Source: the human T2T-CHM13v2.0 reference genome, Homo sapiens
Direction: 5' to 3' (one strand)
DNA: 64,000 bases
Assembly (NCBI RefSeq): GCF_009914755.1
Contig: NC_060941.1
Position 1 is the first letter of the stretch. The number at the start of each line of letters is the position of its first letter. The translations under genes were made by a program, and so were the position numbers. The notes beneath the pieces were generated by a model. That model made no database searches and was not told the DNA's origin. It worked only from the letters and a program-made list of their open reading frames with translations. This document shows positions 46,142 through 64,000 of the stretch, one piece after another.

Positions 46142-46247
46142 CCTGAGCGCTGGGCCCAGCCCATCGTGATACATCTAATGATAAACACAAATTCCTAACT
46201 TTTATGGGAAATCTCGTTGTTTCTAACATTGGCTCCTACTTTTAAAA
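46142..46247 (+). repeat. 106-bp direct repeat, copy 2 (ITGB4 intron 1)
   Basis: Shares gctgggcccagcccatc, catctaatgataaac and tttctaacattggctcctacttttaaaa with copy 1. Confidence 0.9.
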
Positions 46248-47585
46248 CTTTCTAAACAAATGAAGCCAAACACTCTTGGGTGCCTCGCCAACCCTCTAAC
46301 TGCCATTTTGTAGCCTCTGCGTGGAGGCTGCCATGGAGGTTAAAGGCAGGGCCTGCAGAGCAGGGCCCTGTCCTGGCCCTCCCAGTGCTGTCCGAGGGAT
46401 GGGGAAGTTCCACAGCCTTCTGTGCCTGGTCTCTCATCTGGGAAACGGGCAGAATGAAATCATCTCCCGCCGGGCTCCTGTGCTGAGCAATCTCCTCCGT
46501 GAAGCCCTGGGCTCATATGGCAGTCACAGTGTGGGAATCAGCACTGCCTGAGGGGCTGTGGCCAGGGACAGTGGGAGGAAGAGCTGGGCTCAGCTCTCCA
46601 GGCCTGTACCTGCCTGTGTAATGATGCCTGGGAGGCCTGAGCCTGCAGCCTGTATTGTGTAGCATGTGGGTGTGGCGGCTACACCCCGAGGCTGCAAGGA
46701 AGTCATTTCCCTCTAGGAACCCTGCTGTCCCCACCCTTTCCCTGCTGGCTCAGGGCTGCCTCCCAGTCCCTGTGCCACAACAGGTCTGACCTGCATGTGT
46801 TGGCGCTGCTGTGGCCTCCTCCAGGCTGCACGCCTTAGAAGCAGGCTACGCCTTCCTGCCCTTGGCCTGAGAAGGGCTTCTCCAGCACCTCGGGGACCCC
46901 AGCCCCCAGACCCTGGGGTGGCCACTGCCCCAGAAGCCGGGCTGAGACAGGATTCAATGGGGAGGGCCCGTGGGCAGGGCAGAGGCTTGGGCCCCTGGGA
47001 GACCTGGCCCTAGAGAAAGAGGCGCGGTGCTCACCTTTGCCCCGGCCTTGCAGGCCTGGATGGCTCTGCCGCCAGCCTCTTTTCTTGTCCAGGCTTCAGG
47101 CTGAGCATCTCTTAGAGGGCCTCAGGGATGTCCAGTCCTGCCCTGAAGGCCGCTGAGGACTTAGGATGGTTTAATACTGAACCCACAGCCGCTGGGGACG
47201 CCTTGAGGGGAGCCACAGTGTGTGTGCATGTCTCACTCTGGGCTAACTTGTGAAAGGGTGAACAGCTCAGGGGCCCAGAAAACTTAACTCTGGGGCAGGC
47301 AGAGGTACAGGGGAGGGCAGATGATTCAGACCCCACCCTGATGGGCCGGGCAGTCACTGCAGAACCCAACCCGGTGCAGTAAGCCACTGCGGGCAGCTGT
47401 GGCCCAGCCCCAGGCCCCAGATATTGGGAGGGGCCCCTCTCCTCCCGGCTGTGCCACCCTCACCAAAGGGTAAGTGGGCCAGGACAGAAGGAGCAGGAGG
47501 CAGAGCTGCGGCCCCCTCTCAGGGAGGCACCCTCATTGGATGACCCTGTCATGGCCAAGCCTGACCCAGGCTCACTGGGAGCTAA

Positions 47586-63682
<16,097 letters not shown>

Positions 63683-63719
63683 GTAAGGACCCAGGAACTA
63701 GGCCTGGCCGGAGATGTGG
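63683..63719 (+). other. ITGB4: 37-nt alternative-donor extension of exon 21 (beta-4E type, [12 protein letters not shown] then frameshift)
   Basis: A second donor TGG|gtatga lies exactly 37 nt into the intron. This matches my recollection of the beta-4E splice variant. Confidence 0.75.
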
Positions 63720-64000
63720 GTATGAGGGCGGGTGAGGTGGGCAGGGCAGAGCGAATGCGGTCGTGGTACCGAGATTCATTAACTAGGGGAGAGGGGTCTC
63801 TCTGGACCTGTGCCTGGCAGGGGGCATCCTGGGATCTGTTTCCAGAGGGCAGAAGGCCAGAGCCTGGGCCCAGGATGCTGCCCCACGGGGCATGCCCCAG
63901 CCAACCCTGAGGATCTCTGGGTACAGAGGCTGCCTGGCTCCCTGGGTCCCCAGCCTGAGGGCTTGCCACGGGGTGGCCTAGGCCCAGCCTCACGCCCCTC

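Noticed and set aside
63888-63897. p53/p63 half-site GGGCATGCCC (also GGGCATGTCC at ~18620)
   Set aside because: Isolated half-sites without a convincing partner.

Overview
Primate (almost certainly human, 17q25) genomic DNA carrying two same-strand spliced genes; it is not prokaryotic, and there is no CRISPR array, rRNA or tRNA. (1) The 3' part of SAP30BP: the window opens inside a long intron, then 8 coding exons (16623-29707) join in frame to DNTEAEKRDPQELV...RKSKWD...VKKAKQ*, followed by a 3' UTR with tandem poly(A) signals. (2) An Alu/L1-saturated spacer (~32.3-43.8 kb). (3) The ITGB4 (integrin beta-4) CpG-island promoter, non-coding exon 1 and coding exons 2-21 (ATG 47922; 850 codons in the window). 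All exon phases were checked by hand and join without frameshift. The most interesting unexplained signals are: a box C/D snoRNA-like element next to a poison-exon-like unit in the SAP30BP intron; extra splice acceptors and a cassette exon that could remodel or delete the SAP30BP ULM tail, including a fully open His/Cys-rich alternative frame; a 106-bp non-Alu direct repeat and a 516-codon antisense ORF in ITGB4 intron 1; a perfect 33-bp VNTR built from a MER63 terminus; and in-frame retainable ITGB4 introns. These are hypotheses from sequence reading only. Exon numbers and repeat family names are from memory, and repeat boundaries are approximate.
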